A DNA stretch of 64,000 nt from Macrostomum lignano (Eukaryota): NCBI GenBank assembly GCA_002269645.1, contig NIVC01000093.1:620001-684000 (forward strand), in the 5' to 3' direction. The translations under genes and the position numbers were made by a program. Below the pieces are notes generated by a model, which ran no database searches, was not told the origin of the DNA, and worked only from the letters and a program-made list of their open reading frames with translations. Below are positions 1 through 13,335 of this stretch, one piece after another; the stretch's first letter is position 1, and each line of letters starts with the position of its first letter.

Positions 1-9
1 TTAAATTAC

Positions 10-3000
10 CTCGTGAGTAATCAGAGTGAGCCGTGGATTAGTCAGATTAAGCCAGTTTGGCACCTGGCCATTAGTAACCAGGTAAACTTTTCGTATCCAG
101 GGAGCGAATTTTGTCAGCGATCGAAGCGAATACTTCAACTCCTGTTGAACAGATGCATTGATTAACATCTTTTATGGACCATTTGTAAATAGAGGTGGGA
201 GGAGGAGAGGAGAGATGGGAGGGCGAGAGGAGAGATGGGAGGAGGAGAGGAGAGATGGGAGGAGGAGAGGAGAGATGGGAGGAGGAGAGGAGAGATGGGA
301 GGAGGAGAGGAGAGATGGGAGGAGGAGAGGAGAGATGGGAGGAGGAGAGGAGAGATGGGAGGAGGAGAGGAGAGATGGGAGGAGGAGAGGAGAGATGGAA
401 GGAGGAGAGGAGAGATGGGAGGAGGAGAGGAGAGATGGGAGGAGGAGAGGAGAGATGGAAGGAAGAGAGGAGAGATGGGAGGAGGAGAGGAGAGGTGGGA
501 GAAGGAGAGAAAAGATGGGAGGGCGAGAGGAGAGATGGGAGGAGGAGAGGAGAGATGGGAGGAGGAGAGGAGAGATGGGAGGAGGAGAGGAGAGGTGGGA
601 GAAGGAGAGAAAAGATGGGAGGGCGAGAGGAGAGATGGGAGGAAGAGAGGAGAGATGGAAGGAGGAGAGGATAGATGGGAGGAGGAGAGGAGAGATGGGA
701 GGAGGAGAGGAGAGATGGGAGGAGGAGAGGAGAGATGGGAGGAGGAGAGGAGAGATGGGAGGAGGAGAGGAGAGATGGAAGGAAGAGAGGAGAGATGGGA
801 GGAAGAGAGGAGAGATGGGAGGAAGAGAGGAGAGATGGGAGGAGGAGAGGAGAGATGGGAGGAGGAGAGGAGAGATGGAAGGAAGAGAGGAGAGATGGGA
901 GGAAGAGAGGAGAGATGGGAGGAGGAGAGGAGAGATGGGAGGAGGAGAGGAGAGATGGGAGGGGATGGGAGGGGGAGATAGAAGGGGAGAAGAGAGTTAG
1001 GAGGGGGAGATAGAAGGGGAGAAGAGAGTTAGGAGGGAGATAGGAAGAAGATATAAGATAGCAGTGTTGTTCAGCTTAGGAACACTGTCGCTTTACGTAG
1101 GTGAGGTGAGATGAGAAGAAAAAGGGAGACGAATGAGATATGATGAGACATAAATGTAATGAGACGAGAGACTCACATTGTTGTCCTCAAAACGACTTCT
1201 CTCTTGGCCAGAATTAGACTTTGCTTGGTAACCGAAGGACAGATAGACAGTCGGATGAACCGCTAACAGCTCGCGGCTTCGCGCCAGTTCAGGCTGGAAT
1301 CAAATCAATGATGAATATGATGAATTATTCCTAATCCGAACCCCTGAATGCTGACTGCTAACCCCTCTAAATTCTATCCTACCCCTCCCGATTCTATCCT
1401 ACCATTTTCGATTCTATTCTATACCCCTCCGGATTCTATCCTACCCCTCCAGATACTATCCTACCCTTCCCGATTCTATCCTACCCCTTCTGATACTATC
1501 CTACCCTTCCCGATTCTATTCTTCTCCTCCAGATACTATCCTACCCTTCCCGATTCTATTCTTCTCCTCCAGATACTATCCTACCCTTCCCGATTCTATT
1601 CTTCTCCTCCAGATACCATCCTACCCTTCCCGATTCTATTCTTCTCCTCCAGATACTATCCTACCCTTCCCGATTCTATTCTTCTCCTCCAGATACTATC
1701 CTACCCTTCCCGATTCTATTCTTCTCCTCCAGATACTATCCTACCCTTCCCGATTCTATCCTACCCCTCCAGATACTATCCTACCCTTCCCGATTCTATC
1801 CTACCCCTCCAGATACTATCCTACCCTTCCCGATTCTATTCTTCTCCTCCAGATACTATCCTACCCTTCCCGATTCTATCCTACCCCTCCCGATTCTATC
1901 CTACCCTTCCCGATTCTATCCTACCCCTCCCAATTCTATCCTACCCCTTTCGATTCTATTATATACCCCTCTGGATTCTATCCTACCCCTTCAGATACTA
2001 TCCTACCCCTCCCGATTCTGTCCTACCACTCCCGATTCTATCTTACCCTTCCTGATTCTATCCTACCCCTCCCGATTCTATCCTGCCACTCCGGATTCTA
2101 TTCTACCCCTCCCGATTCTATCCTACCAGAGCAGTTTTCATCGTGTTCTCCTTGTCCTTCTCGTTGTCAAAATGCGCCACAGCCAGTCTGCGCCTCGGCT
2201 GATGAAGCAGCAGTTCCAGCCTCTGCGGCAGTCCGCGTCGCCGCCCAACATCGCCAAAGAGACGTCTGAGGCGGCCATTTCGAACCGAGGCCGAAACTTC
2301 GAATGCAACAGCGAATGGCAGCTCGAATAATGGGATTTTTTCAGGATTTTCGAATGTCTGCGGTTTGTGGAGATTTTTAATAGTCCGACTGGTTTTGCGG
2401 AGAAGCAGTGTTTTGAATGCTCGTTCCATTCTATTTTCTGTTCTGATCTACTACCCATTCAATAATTCCATTCCTCGTTCTATTTCTACTCCCGGTTTCA
2501 TTCTACTCTCGGTTCTATTCTACTCTCGGTTCTATTCTACTCTCGGTTCTATTCTACTCTCGGTTCTATTCTACTCTCGGTTCTATTCTACTCTCGGTTC
2601 TATTCTACTCTCGGTTCTATTCTACTCTCGGTTCTATTCTACTCTCGGTTCTATTCTACTCTCGGTTCTATTCTACTCTCGGTTCTATTCTACTCTCGGT
2701 TCTATTCTACTCTCGGTTCTATTCTACTCTCTGTTCTATTCTACTCTCGGTTCTATTCTACTCTCGGTTCTATTCTACTCTCGGTTCTATTCTACTCTCG
2801 GTTCTATTCTACTCTCTGTTCTATTCTACTCTCGGTTCTATTCTACTCTCGGTTCTATTCTACTCTCGGTTCTATTCTACTCTCGGTTCTATTCTACTCT
2901 CGGTTCTATTCTACTTCCGGTTCGATTCTACGTCTAGTTTTATTCTGCTCCCGGTTCTATTATACTTCCGGCTCTATTCTACTTCCGGCTCTATTCTACT

Positions 3001-6000
3001 TCCGGTTCTATTCTACTTCCGGTTCTATTCTACTTCTGGTTCTATTCTACTTCAGAGAACACCGCACAACACGAGCTCACATAGTACAGCGACTCCCCCG
3101 AATTTCCAACATCAGTTTTCAATGACAGATTGGACCGCAGCAGCACCGCTCCACCCTGATGGCAGCACCCGCAATTTCCGGCGGGTAATATAAAGGATGC
3201 CGCTGATACAGTCTCAATCTGTGAAGCTGTGCTGTTGATGTTGCCAGCTGACTCGGTAACTAAACTTTCTGAATCGTTCTCGTCAGTTGAAGGCCAGCGG
3301 TAAATAAATTGAGATTTGAAGCATTGAATTGAGACTCCTGAGCACACGGAGCAGATTCTGAAATTTAGAGTATTTTAAATTTGAGTGACACTGAAGGTAG
3401 ATTGGAGTGACCTGAAGGTAGATTGGAGTGACCTGAAGGTAGATTAGAGTGACCTGAAGGTAGATTGGAGTGACCTAAAGGTAGATTGGAGTGACCTGAA
3501 GGTAGATTGGAGTGACCTGAAGGTAGATTGGAGTGACCTAAAGGTAGATTGGAGTGACCTGAAGGTAGATTGGAGTGACCTGAAGGTAGATTAGAGTGAC
3601 CTGAAGGTAGATTGGAGTGACCTGAAGGTAGATTGGAGTGACCTAAAGGTAGATTGGAGTGACCTGACGGTAGATTGGAGTGACCTGAAGGTAGATTGGA
3701 GTGACATTGACAGTAGATTAGACTGACCTGAAGGTAGATCAGGAGACTCAAGGTAGATTGGAGTGATATTGAAAGTAGATTAGACTGACCTGAAGGTAGA
3801 TCAGGAGACTCAATGTAGAGTGGAGTGACATTGAAAGTAGATTAGAGTGACACTGAAGGTAGATCAGGAGACTCAAGGTAGATTGGAGTCTGCTCATGCT
3901 AAAAAAATTCTCCAGAACTTACTCTCTTCGATAGTAGGTGTCCAGCTGCCTGAGAAAGCTTGGATCTGTACCATTCACCCAAGTGTAAACCGCATCAATA
4001 GGCCAGGGTCCTTGCAGACTGGAATTATTATTTCAATAGCTTATTAACACTATAGTACCAAATAATTAGCAGTAGCACCTGATAAGCATCGTAACTTACT
4101 CAATTTTCCCAGACTGCACTTCAAATTGGTTACTTTTCGTTGAGCAGGATTGTCGACTTACTGACAGGATTAGCACTAATCTCTGAAAACCAGACAAGTA
4201 ATGTTTCAATTTGTATGCCTCACGTACTTGAAAACTTTTATATATAATTTTGGCATCAATGACAATCTGTGTGATTTGACATCTCTAACAGCCCTGTGAT
4301 TTGACATCCTTGACAACCCTGTGATTTGACATCCCTGACAACCCTGTGATTCAACATCCCTGACAACCCTGTGATTTCAAGTCCCTGACAACCCTGTGAT
4401 TCAACATCCCTGTGATTCAACATCCCTGACAACCCTGTGATTTCAAGTCCCTGACAACCCTGTGATTCAACATCCCTGTGATTCAACATCCCTGACAACC
4501 CTGTGATTTCAAGTCCCTGATAACCCTGTGACTTGACATCCTTGACAACCGTGTGATTTCAAGTCCCTGATAACCCTGTGACTTGACATCCTTGACAACC
4601 CTGTGATTTGACATCCCTGACAACCCTGTGATTTGACATCCCTGTGATTCAACATCCCTGACAACCCTGTGATTTCAAGTCCCTGATAACCCTGTGACTT
4701 GACATCCCTGACAACCCTGTGATTCAACATCCCTGACAACCCTGTGATTTCAAGTCCCTGATAACCCTGTGACTTGACATCCTTGACAACCCTGTGATTT
4801 GACATCCCTGACAACCCTGTGATTTCAAGTCCCTGACAACCCTGTGATTTGACATCCCTGACAACCCTGTGATTTCAAGTCCCTGACAACCCTGTGATTT
4901 GACATCCCTGACAACCCTGTGATTCAACATCCCTGACAACCCTGTGATTTGACATCCCTGACAACCCTGTGATTCAACATCTTTGACAACCCTGTGACTT
5001 GACATCCTTGACAACCCTGTGATTTGACATCCCTGACAACCCTGTGATTTGACATCCCTGACAACCCTGTGATTCAACATCCCTGACAACCCTGTGATTT
5101 CAAGTCCCTGACAACCCTGTGATTTGACATCCCTGACAACCCTGTAATTTCAAGTCCCTGACAACCCTGTGATTTGACATCCTTGACAATGTTGCATGGC
5201 AGCTTAGGCTGGCAAATTGAGGGTGATGCGGGGCGGGCCGTTTCTCACAAGCGCGAAATCGCACAATTATCTGGGTTTGTAAAGCTTGAAGTGATACAAT
5301 AGTGGAAATTTTCACTGCATCAGGTGCCCATAGCCCATGGTCTTTCGCGGCGCTCCCATCTGCCAGCGGCCTAGGCTCGATTCCGGAGTATTATACATGT
5401 ACGTGTACATTGATTTGGGGCTAAGTTGGAATCTCGGTTTGGCTCTGCTCGTACATGTACATGTCAATGATAAAGTTAGGGGCGCTGTACACTCCTGAGT
5501 GTGTGCCTGTGCGTATGACTGCGTACGTATCCGCGTGCTTTTTTGTGTGCCTGCTCAAGGGAGTCGGCCGGCAATTTTGTGACACTGACGCTTAAAGTGC
5601 GCCAGGGTGCACACAGTCCCTACCTCTAACTAATTAACTCAAAAACTTCATAGCAAGTTTAATTCTGCAGTTCTTGTTTTCTAGCCTGCGAATGCGACTG
5701 ACAGAATTAAATTTTCACCCAAGTAAAATTCGTGCTTGTGAAGTTAGTCTTCAACTAATAGACCCAATAAATAATCCCTAGCTTGATCTTTGAAATACAA
5801 TAAAATGTTTTTGTTTAACTGCCTACGGATTTGAAGTTTCTTAGCAATTGTAGTAACTCGGATTTTTACTCATGATTTCAATGAGAGTGCTGCAGATGTC
5901 TATGGCGGAATCACCAAATTGGTTCCTTCTTTTCGTCCGTCTATGTCTATGGCCAAGGCCAAGTTTACTGCTTTCGAAATTAGGTATATCTGATCTCAGA

Positions 6001-6297
6001 CTGACAAAACAACAATTTGCATACTTTAGTTTGGGACTTCAGTCATACAGAAGGGCGAATTATATTAGGATCGAATTTAGTGTTAACCATAATGCAACCA
6101 ACCTAAAAGGCGATTACACAACTGAGTTTTATTGTCCATCTGCAGGCTATCTCATAATGCTCATACACGAACGCAATTCTTACCTCCAAAACTAATATAG
6201 CCAATAGGCACGCTAGCACGGTTGCTAGGCAACCGGAACGACGCCCGGTTTTGCAATTAAGCAGATCGAGTAGTCTTCGTTGTAGAAGCTTGCGCAT
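10..6297 (-). CDS. GNPTAB: N-acetylglucosamine-1-phosphotransferase alpha/beta (Stealth family), 5' part; gene continues past the left edge
   Basis: Seven exons with GT/AG boundaries and consistent phases: 6297-6184, 4182-4100, 4018-3923, 3357-3051, 2357-2127, 1293-1177, 141-10 (1080 nt, 360 codons). N-terminus MRKLLQRR followed by a hydrophobic anchor. Stealth CR1 [13 protein letters not shown] and CR2 SRFEDNN|[44 protein letters not shown] match GNPTAB from memory. The acceptor at 2357 is the least certain. Confidence 0.92.
192..1045. repeat. Purine-rich 20-bp minisatellite (GGAGGAGAGGAGAGATGGGA)n in GNPTAB intron 6
   Basis: Direct reading of about 40 tandem units. Confidence 0.95.
1370..2126. 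repeat. 20-bp minisatellite (CTATCCTACCCYTCCCGATT-like)n in GNPTAB intron 5
   Basis: Tandem units with variants; the array abuts the splice donor at 2126. Confidence 0.95.
2480..3050. repeat. 17-bp minisatellite (CTCTCGGTTCTATTCTA)n in GNPTAB intron 4
   Basis: About 30 near-perfect units; abuts the splice donor at 3050. Confidence 0.95.
3390..3890. repeat. 21-bp minisatellite (GAAGGTAGATTGGAGTGACCT)n in GNPTAB intron 3
   Basis: Direct reading. Confidence 0.95.
4257..5190. repeat. 25-bp minisatellite (TGACATCCCTGACAACCCTGTGATT)n in GNPTAB intron 1
   Basis: Direct reading; interspersed unit variants (TTCAAGTCC/TTCAACATCC). Confidence 0.95.
5325..5570 (+). mobile_element. tRNA-derived SINE-like dispersed repeat
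   Basis: A-box-like TAGCCCATGG and B-box-like GGCTCGATTCC. Body blocks ATTTGGGGGCTAAGTTGGAAT and ACGTATCCGCG...GTGTGCCTGCTCA recur at about 29105-29190. Confidence 0.45.
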
Positions 6298-8519
6298 AGA
6301 CTGGCCTCTTGATTTAACTGAGATATATCTGTGTGGGTTCAGCATTGAGCAATCATTATATAAGTGATCTATTTAAATAGACACCAGGGGTGATATAGGA
6401 TACGGCAGCCCAGAAGGGCGTGACCGCGCGTGGGAATTGTCGAGCGCACGAAATAACCAAATAAGCCACATCTCGATCGTGCATATGCTCAAATACTTCT
6501 TGAACGAATTACATAAGTTTTCTGCACATTTAAATAGTACAGAAAAAGTAGGAACTGTGGAAAAAGTTCTACTATAGACAGGATCTATAATTGGAGGTGC
6601 TATGTGCTATGCAGAGTCACAAACTAGAAACACAAACCAATAGCCCAGAAAAGTGTCACTTTTCAGGATTTTTCGCAGCTTGCTCACAGGGGTCACAGCA
6701 ACCTCCGAGCTAGCCATCGCCAGCTCGTGCGCCTTCCGCTTAAGACTGGGAATCTGCTTATAGGCCTGCTTCTCCGCCTAAACTTTCGAAATGTCTTCTT
6801 TTTTCTGGCAAAATTTGCCACTCTATGCGCCAGTGAGCAATTTCTCTTGGACTATTCTGAAATAAAAGATATGAGAAAACTGATCGGGGTAGCTTTAATC
6901 CATCCAACCCTCGCACACCACGATCTCCCCCAATTCATTTTTCAACCCAAGTCTGTTGCGTGGCGACGGCCGGCGAAGCTAAGTTGTGTCACTCGCAAGA
7001 TTGAGAGACTTTACCTGCACTCTCAAAAGTGGCAAGCACAGACAGAATCTTCTATGATGGCGACTTTTCGATGTTGCAGAGTATATACATCATCCCAAGT
7101 ATGTGTACACGAACAGAACAGTGCACATGATCTCTAGAGGATGTACAGGATTCTAGCCGAGTGTGTACAGGATCTCGATACAGATACAGTGTACAAAACA
7201 AATGTAAAAGTACACACATAATGTAGACAATTTACATTTACAATTTAATTGACTTTTAAAAGAACTAATTAGCAGGTATTAAATATTTGATTTCATATAG
7301 TAAGCTAGTGTCATTTTTTTTCAATTCTAGTACTTTAGAAATTAAAGCAACACTTGAATCAAATGTTACCATAAATAATAGATTTATGACTTACAATTGG
7401 CATACTAGTATTGGCGGCAGATGCATGCAAATCAGTTAATGACAGTTTATTTTATTGAATAATTATAGAATAGCATATATTTTAATAACAATCATATGAG
7501 AATTAATGATGAATAATGAATAGAAAAATGTATGCCTTTCATATGAATAAATCAACATTCTATTGCAAATGCAAGATTATACAATCCATGAATATTAAAT
7601 GCAATACAAACTAATAATTGCAAAGGTGCTAATAAAAACAATGTAAAAATCTTTGTCAATATCAACTTTAAACTTTAACTTGCATTCAAAGTAGGTGACA
7701 ACTGAACCTTATTCCACTTCTTTTTATGGCAAGATATTGTTTCGAGATTGGCAGTCCTGAAATAAGAAAAATTTTGGTGAGAACAAGGTATAATAAAAAA
7801 TGAAATCATTAAAAATTTATTCAAATGGTGCATTTATTACAATTTTATGACAATAAAAAACACATTTAGCTAAATAAATCTTTGTTATAATACTAGTTAA
7901 GTCCCCAATCTAAATACTAAAACTGATGCAATGTTGGTTTGTTTGATATCTCCTTTGAAAACTAATGAACGAATTTTGATAGCACAAGCTTTAATACCAA
8001 TATTTTAAAAATTGTTGATAAAAAATCAGTTGTAAATTAAATTTCATAATATACATTGGAATAAAACTGGCAAGTTTATTTAGTTAAAAGTAAATAACTT
8101 GAAGTTAAATAAATATTTGTCCTAAATAAAAGAGTATTAATTATAGATATTAATGTCTTCATATGTCTTCATATAACTAAGTATGGTATATAACTACTAA
8201 GTATAAAATAAAATTAGTACCTAGCCTAAAATGGAACAGGTAACACAAGAAGAAAAGAGCAAGAGAACATAGATAAAAAGAAAGAACATAGGTGAAGCAA
8301 TAGTCTCTATATAAATGTTTGAACAAAGAAAGGTATAATAAAACTATAGAAGCCATTCTATAATAAACTATGATTATTGGATATGGAATATAATCTTAAA
8401 AAATAAAATTTTATAAAAAAAATTATTTTCAATAAAACTTCTAAGGGCTGCTGTACACAACTTCAAGGTGGAAAGGACACAATGTATACTATTACTAGTC
8501 CCCTATCTATCTATATAAC

Positions 8520-8817
8520 CATACATGCACAACCTCCAAAATTTGGTCAGCCATGCAACTTAGTTTTAACAAAAATGCAACGTAGTTTTTGGCCAAAAAT
8601 GCAACTTACATGTAAAAAAACCCTAAAGCAAAATTAATGCAACTTTGGGTAAATGGCAGAAGTAACTATGACTGTCTTATTAAGCCAAAATGCCTTATTG
8701 GCTACTTAGTACTACTACTTGGATGTTTTTTTGGGTGGGCATTTTTGCAACTTCCTTGGTTGGCCGCCAAATCAGTTGGCCAGATCGGCTGACTCGGCCA
8801 ACTATTGCACATGTATG
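8520..8817. mobile_element. Non-autonomous hAT-like MITE, copy 1 (298 bp)
   Basis: TIR CATACATG...CATGTATG; degenerate 8-bp flanks TATATAAC/TATATATT; closely similar to 9150-9445. Confidence 0.8.
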
Positions 8818-9149
8818 TATATATTTTATGAATTACAGTTACTTGGATGACAGTCATTTTGGTGACAGTCATTTGGGTGATAGGTTACTTTGGTAACAAA
8901 AGAGTATGGAGTACTGAGTGTTTGTTTAAAGTTTTTATTTGTGTTTTAAAAGGTTAATATTAAATATTTGATTACTTTTCTCTCAATGAGTTTGGTAACA
9001 ATAATGTATTTGTTTTAGATTATATAGTCATCCTGTCAACTGTACCCCCAATTATGTATATGTGACTGTATCAATTGCTAAGCACCTTTCACTTGATTGA
9101 AAGTAAATATTCATATTGTCCTCTAGAACTTTAACAAATACAAAGCTTC

Positions 9150-9445
9150 CATACATGCACAACCTCCAAAATTTGGTTGGCCATGCAACTTAGTTTCAAC
9201 AAAAATGCAACGTAGTTTTTGGCCAAAAATGTGACTTACAAATAAAAAACCCTAAAGCAAAATTAACGCAACTTTGGGTAAATGGCAGAAGTAACTATGA
9301 CTGTCTTATTAAGCCAAAATGCCTCATAAGCTTCTTAGTACTACTACTTGGGTGTTTTTTGGGTGGGCATTTTTGCAACTTCCTTGGTTGGCCGCCAAAT
9401 CAGTCAGTTGGATTGGCCGACTCGGCCTACTGTTGCACATGTATG
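9150..9445. mobile_element. Non-autonomous hAT-like MITE, copy 2 (296 bp)
   Basis: Same TIR; perfect 8-bp TSD AAAGCTTC at 9142-9149 and 9446-9453. Confidence 0.9.
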
Positions 9446-10614
9446 AAAGCTTCTAGCTCTCTTTGGTTTACACATTTATTACAATTTATAAGTTCTTCAT
9501 TTAACCTGACTTCATTTGTCTTTATTTTCTTTTTAATATTTTAACCATTTAAAAAATCTTTAAACATAAAATTTGAAACACTTTTAAAAACATTTTTAAA
9601 AATCTTTTACACTTTACTAGGGATGATCTATGCATTGCATGCAATACCATTGTGGGACAAAGGCAATAGGCATTGCAGTATGATGGATGCGATTGTTGGC
9701 AACACTGAACTTATAATATAGGTGAATGAAAATTAAATGAAATTTTGTTGTAGAGGCAAAACAGAAAGGATTTTTTTACTATTGTCACTTGTGGCCGACT
9801 AAACCAAAGGACTTAAATTTTGAGATTAATTATGATTTTATCCTAGTCTAGTTTGTGCATACTGACATTTGGCTGCCAAATCGCTAGCATATTATGATAA
9901 GCACTAATGTGCAACTGACGCTGCTGCATCAGTGCAAAGAATGGTTCATCAATAGCACTTTCTATATCATTGGTGAGCAATTCAGTCAACTTTACTCTAT
10001 TTATAGATTCCTATGATGGTTGCATGAAGCAAGAACCCTTGCTTTTTGTCTTGAACATTTAGCATTGCAACACAACCTTTGTTATACAGTTTGCCTACGC
10101 CCTACATATATAAAAATGTTCTTTAATTATATACAAGCTATATTGATACAACACGTTAATAAAAAAGGGAAAAATAATTTGCATTTAAAAGACAGACACT
10201 TTACATTATCATAAAATGTTAGACTAGTTTTTATTAGTCTTCCACCATAATTATGGATATGGTAATGGGAAACTACAAGGCGGGAACATAACTGCTGTAA
10301 TTTTGGTTATGGATTATAGTTATGGTTGAAAAGGGCAGTTACAGAATGACTATAGGATTATAGCCAAGAGGATGTTTTTCACAAATTTTCCTATAACATA
10401 ATTGAAGTTAAATTTTCTCAATACAAATTGTTGCATAGTCATTTTTTGCAAAAAGTGTAAAGTTATAATATTTAAAAAAGTAAATCTAAATTTTTTGCCT
10501 GTCATGTTTAAAATGAAATACAAGTTACTGGTAGTTTGTTTAAATTGAGAAATTAATGCTTGCATTTCAAAGTGATTTCATTTCAAAGTGCTCACATTTA
10601 ATATTCAGTAATAT

Positions 10615-10870
10615 TTTTTTGTGAAGAAACCTGTTCTGTAACTTGTAAGTAGTGCTCAAAGGTTAGTAAAGCCTGCAATGAAATGCTGAATGAATTAGTA
10701 CAATTGTGTAGCTTTATCCTTAGTAATATCTTTTTGTGAAGAAACCTATTTTGTTACTTATAAGTAGTGCTTAAAGGTTAGTAGAGCCTGCAATGAAATG
10801 CTGAATAAATTGGTACAATTATGTAGGTTACTAGGTTTATCTTTAGTAACATCTTTTTGTGAAAAAACCT
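10615..10870. repeat. Diverged tandem duplication of a unit of about 120 bp
   Basis: TTTTTGTGAAGAAACCT...GCCTGCAATGAAATGCTGAAT occurs twice, and a third unit begins. Confidence 0.7.
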
Positions 10871-11071
10871 ATTCTATTTTATTTATTTATCAATAAGGAG
10901 AAAAAATTAATAGATATTAAACTAGCAATCTTTGCCCCCCGATGGGGGACATCTGGATAGAACTTCTGTTCTCTACAAGTAAAAAAACCGCCAAATAGAG
11001 TCTTCACAAAGACAACAGAAAAACTGCTCAAATGAAGCGCAATGCAAAAAAAAAACATCCCAAGACAGCAA

Positions 11072-11312
11072 ACATCCCCCCTCCTCCCAGATAGCAAGCA
11101 CCCCCAGATAGCAAGCACCCCAAGATAGCAAGCACCCCCAGATAGCAAGCACCCCCAGATAGCAAGCACCCCCAGATAGCAAGCACCCCCAGATAGCAAG
11201 CACTCCCAGATAGCAAGCACCCCCAGATAGCAAGCATCCCTCAGATAGCAAGCACCCCAGATAGAAAGAACCCCCAGATAGCAAGTATCTATCCTTAAAT
11301 AGCAAGCATCCA
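11072..11312. repeat. 17-bp minisatellite (CCCCAGATAGCAAGCAC)n
   Basis: Direct reading. Confidence 0.9.
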
Positions 11313-11369
11313 CCAGACAAAAAGTATATAGTGCAACATTTCCTTTTAACTTTCTAGGGGCTCCTTTAT

Positions 11370-12745
11370 GATTGGCATGACGCTTCTTATTACGTTTGAA
11401 AATGTCTCTCCTGTGTTTGAAATGGAGACTATTTTATGTTTGAATTGGTGGCTTTTTAATGTTTGGCATGGTGACTCTTTAATGTTCTACATGGTGGCTC
11501 TTTAATGTTTGACATCGTGCCAGTTTTATGTTTGTCATGGTGGCTCCTTAATGTTAGAAACGGTGGCTCTTTAATGTTTGACATGGAGTCACATATATGT
11601 TTCACATGGTGGCTCTTCTATGTCTAACTTGGTAGCTCTTTTATGTTTGATATCGTGGCTCGTTAATGTTCGACATGGTGGCTCTTTAACGTTCGACATG
11701 GTGGCTCTTTAACGTTCGACATGGTGGCTCTTAAATGTTTCACATGATGGCTCTTTAATGTCTTACATGGTGGCTCTTTTATGTTTGACAATGTGGCTCT
11801 TTAATGTTTTACATGGTGGCTCTTTTATGTTCGAAATGGTGGCTCTTTAATGTTCGACATGGTGGCTCTTTAATGTTTGACATGCTAGCTCTTTAATGTT
11901 CGACATAGTGGCTCTTTTACGTTTGACATGGTGGCACTTTAATGTTTGACATAAAGTCACTTATATGTTTTGCATGGTGCCTCTAAATATTAGACATGGT
12001 GGCTCGTTTAGGTTTGACATGTTGGCTCTTTTATGTTTGACATGGTGGCTCTTTTATGTTCGACATGGTGGCTCTTTTTTGTTCTACATGGTAACTCTTC
12101 TATGTTTGATATGGTGGCTTTTTAATATCTGACATTGTGGCTCTTCTATGTTTGACATTGTGGCTCTTCTATGTTTGACATGGTGGCTCTTCTATGTTTG
12201 ACATGGTGGCTCTTTAATGTTTGACATTGTGGCTCTTCTATGTTTGACATTGTGGCTCTTCTATGTTTGACATGGTGGCTCTTTAATGTTTAACATGGTG
12301 GCTCTTTAATGTACGACATAAAGGTTTGTTTATGTTCGACATGGTGGCTTTTAGGTTTGACATGGTGGCTCTTAAATGTTTCACATGATGGCTCTTTAAT
12401 GTCTTACATGGTGGCTCTTTTACGTTTGAAAATGTGGCTCTTTAATGTTTTACATGGCGGCTCTTTTATGTTCGAAATGGTGGCTCTTTAATGTTTGACA
12501 TGGTGGCTCTTTAATGTTTGACATGCTAGCTCTTTAATGTTCGACATAGTGGCTCTTTTACGTTTGACATGGTGGCACTTTAATGTTCGACGTGGTGGCT
12601 CTTTAATGTTCGAAATGGTGACTCTTTTATGTTTTACATGGTGGCTCTTTAATGTTTGACATAGAGTCACGTATATGTTTTACATGGTGCCCATGTAATG
12701 TTTGACATGGTGCCTCTTTTATGTTTGACATTGTGCTTTTTTATG
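11370..12745. repeat. Degenerate 22-bp minisatellite (TTTAATGTTTGACATGGTGGCTC-like)n
   Basis: About 60 diverged units. Confidence 0.9.
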
Positions 12746-12789
12746 TTTAGCAGTTTCGTGTTTTCAAGGTGTTTTATAAAAAAATTATT

Positions 12790-12860
12790 TTGCACTACTA
12801 AGATTCGAACCCAGGTCGCTATGTTAGCAGTCCAGTCTGTTCGTATCTAGGCTATCTCTT
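12790..12860 (-). mobile_element. tRNA-like SINE head or tRNA pseudogene
   Basis: Minus strand reads TAGCCTAG...CTGGGTTCGAATCTTAG (A and B boxes), but no acceptor stem pairs. Confidence 0.35.
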
Positions 12861-12949
12861 TTCAATTGGAGAACATGAATTGTGGCCCTTATAATTCAAT
12901 TCTTACAGCAAGTCAATTAAAGTAAAGAGTTATGACATAATCAATTTCT

Positions 12950-13335
12950 CAGTCAGCCAGTATCAGTCTCAGTTCAAGTTAGCAATATGGTTACGCAATT
13001 TTAATCAAGTCGTGTGTGCATTTCTTCGGCACTTTTTTCAACTTGTTGTGATGCAATCTTTATCAGAATTGAAATTCAGTCAGTCAGTTTTTTCTCTAGC
13101 ATTTTTACAATGCATTTCAGGTCGAAAGAGCTGCTTGACCTTTGCAAAAAAGCATGTTTTTCGAATATTTAATCCCTTTAACATTGAGCAATTTCTTAGC
13201 CAAGATGCATGTACTGTCCCAGGAAAATTTCTGATCGAATGGTGCAAGTTTGAAGAAAATCGGTTGAGCCAATTTTTCTGAAATCTATTGCATACCCACA
13301 TACCCACATACAGACAACTCATTTTTAGTATATAG
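12950..13335. mobile_element. Possible Helentron-associated (HINE/DINE-1-like) non-autonomous element
   Basis: GAAAATCGGTTGAG motif, then a short CATACC/CAGA microsatellite and a TTTTTAGTATATAG end; resemblance from memory only. Confidence 0.3.

Noticed and set aside
158-5315. Long ORFs of 100-280 aa in the track (RRGEMGG.., PILSYP.., LSVLFYS.., SQGCQG..)
   Set aside because: Translations of intronic minisatellites; the real exons are short and lie between the arrays
6221-6233. Perfect palindromic RFX X-box GTTGCTAGGCAAC, suggesting a ciliary promoter
   Set aside because: Lies inside GNPTAB coding exon 1 (CLATV codons); most likely coincidental
9600-10230. Possible hAT transposase remnants
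   Set aside because: Only vague motif resemblance with many stops; not supportable
12790-12860. tRNA gene (also tRNA-like B boxes at about 48885, 62890 and 63245)
   Set aside because: No acceptor stem or full cloverleaf; SINE heads or chance at best
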